DNA of 32,000 nucleotides from an uncultured archaeon (GTDB lineage Archaea; Iainarchaeota; Iainarchaeia; Iainarchaeales; 0-14-0-20-30-16): NCBI GenBank assembly GCA_964480435.1, contig CAYZSS010000002.1, positions 17,654 to 49,653 of the forward strand, read 5' to 3'. Shown piece by piece: positions 31,168 to 32,000 of this stretch (position 1 is its first letter; each line of letters starts with the position of its first letter). The notes under the pieces were generated by a model. It saw only the letters and a program-made list of their open reading frames with translations, ran no database searches and was not told where the DNA came from. The position numbers and the translations under genes were made by a program.

Positions 31168-32000
31168 ATGGAAATAAAACAAGTTACAACTGCAAAATAT
31201 GAAATAACAAAATCCAAGGACATGAAAGCAGATGTTATTCTCTATCTATCAGAAACACTAATGAAACAAATAGATAAAGAAGCAATAAACCAAATTGTAA
31301 ATGTGTCTAAATTACAAGGTATTAAAGGACCAGCATATGCGATGCCAGATACACACCCAGGATATGGTTTTCCAATCGGAGGGGTTGCAGGATTTGATTT
31401 AGAAGAAGGAATAGTAAGCCCAGGTGGAATAGGGTTTGACATAAATTGCGGGGTACGATTATTAAAAACTAATTTTTCATATTTAGAAAATAAAAAAACA
31501 TTTACAAAAAAATTATTTTTAGAATTATTTAATTCAATACCAACCGGGGTTGGTGGGGAACATAAAGAGAAAATAAAAAAGGAAGAATTGCAAGAAATTT
31601 TAACAAGTGGAATAAACTATTCTATATCAATAGGAGAAGCAACAAAAAAAGATAAAGACCACATAGAAGATTATGGCAAGCTAAAAACAAATGCAGAATA
31701 TCTTTCCCAAAAAGCATTTTCTCGTGGGCTAAATCAATCCGGAACTTTAGGAAGCGGAAACCACTTTATAGAACTACAAGTAATAGATAAAATTTACAAT
31801 AAAGAATTAGCAAAAAAATGGGGCTTAAAAGAAGGCAATGTAGCTATTATGATTCACTCAGGATCACGAGGGTTAGGCTACCAAGTTGCAAAAGATTATA
31901 TTGAATTATTTTTAAAAAATTATCAAAAATATAATTTAAAAATTCCAGATAATAACTTAGCTTGTATTCCAATAAATTCAATTGAAGGCGAGAAATATTT
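31168..32000 (+). CDS. rtcB: RNA-splicing ligase RtcB; the C-terminus runs off the right edge
   Basis: It is absent from the track because it is open-ended. My hand translation reads MEIKQVTTAKYEI...AMPDTHPGYGFPIGGVAGFDLEEGIVSPGGIGFDINCGVRLL...GSGNHFIELQ, which carries the hallmark RtcB motifs. It starts 5 nt after the radical SAM stop. Confidence 0.9.
   Translation, partial: MEIKQVTTAKYEITKSKDMKADVILYLSETLMKQIDKEAINQIVNVSKLQGIKGPAYAMPDTHPGYGFPIGGVAGFDLEEGIVSPGGIGFDINCGVRLLKTNFSYLENKKTFTKKLFLELFNSIPTGVGGEHKEKIKKEELQEILTSGINYSISIGEATKKDKDHIEDYGKLKTNAEYLSQKAFSRGLNQSGTLGSGNHFIELQVIDKIYNKELAKKWGLKEGNVAIMIHSGSRGLGYQVAKDYIELFLKNYQKYNLKIPDNNLACIPINSIEGEKY

Overview
This is a strongly AT-rich, tightly packed archaeal window. 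The archaeal hallmarks read directly from the sequence are a group II chaperonin (thermosome), a Hel308/Ski2-type helicase, the RNA ligase RtcB, a PUA protein, four tRNA genes without encoded CCA, and a tRNA-Trp split at 37/38 by a 385-nt intron whose junctions fold into a helix-bulge-helix-bulge-helix splice motif. The gene content is poor in metabolism and rich in surface proteins, which suggests a DPANN-like symbiont, but that is inference only. I call 27 CDS, 4 tRNAs, 1 tRNA remnant, 1 candidate intron-borne box C/D RNA, several repeat families and oligo-T/hairpin terminators. Two of the CDS are open at the window edges and so are missing from the supplied ORF track: 1-2232 on the minus strand, and rtcB at 31168-32000 on the plus strand. 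I saw no rRNA, CRISPR array, transposase or integrase. The most interesting observations are these. (i) Two paralogous membrane-anchored surface proteins (12167-14593 and 26184-29042) share a near-identical N-terminal anchor and stalk, up to a conserved TFLFS junction. After it they carry unrelated C-terminal enzyme cassettes: one poly-gamma-glutamate-hydrolase-like, one transglutaminase/cysteine-peptidase-like. This resembles a polymorphic-effector layout with no obvious immunity gene. (ii) An intact GGDEF diguanylate-cyclase-type protein sits in an archaeal context and is translationally coupled to an unknown gene. (iii) tRNA-gene architecture is unusual. A ~50-nt polypyrimidine/polypurine motif follows tRNA exon 3' ends, including inside the tRNA-Trp intron. 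A leader-plus-3'-end remnant of tRNA-Ser lies downstream of the intact gene. A structured 79-nt insert flanked by a 13-nt direct repeat sits at the tRNA-Gln 3' end. (iv) One protein fuses four CBS domains to a RaiA/HPF-like ribosome-hibernation domain. (v) Two U32-family proteins carry the CX6CX15CX3C Fe-S motif. All family assignments come from motifs I read in the translations. No database search was run.
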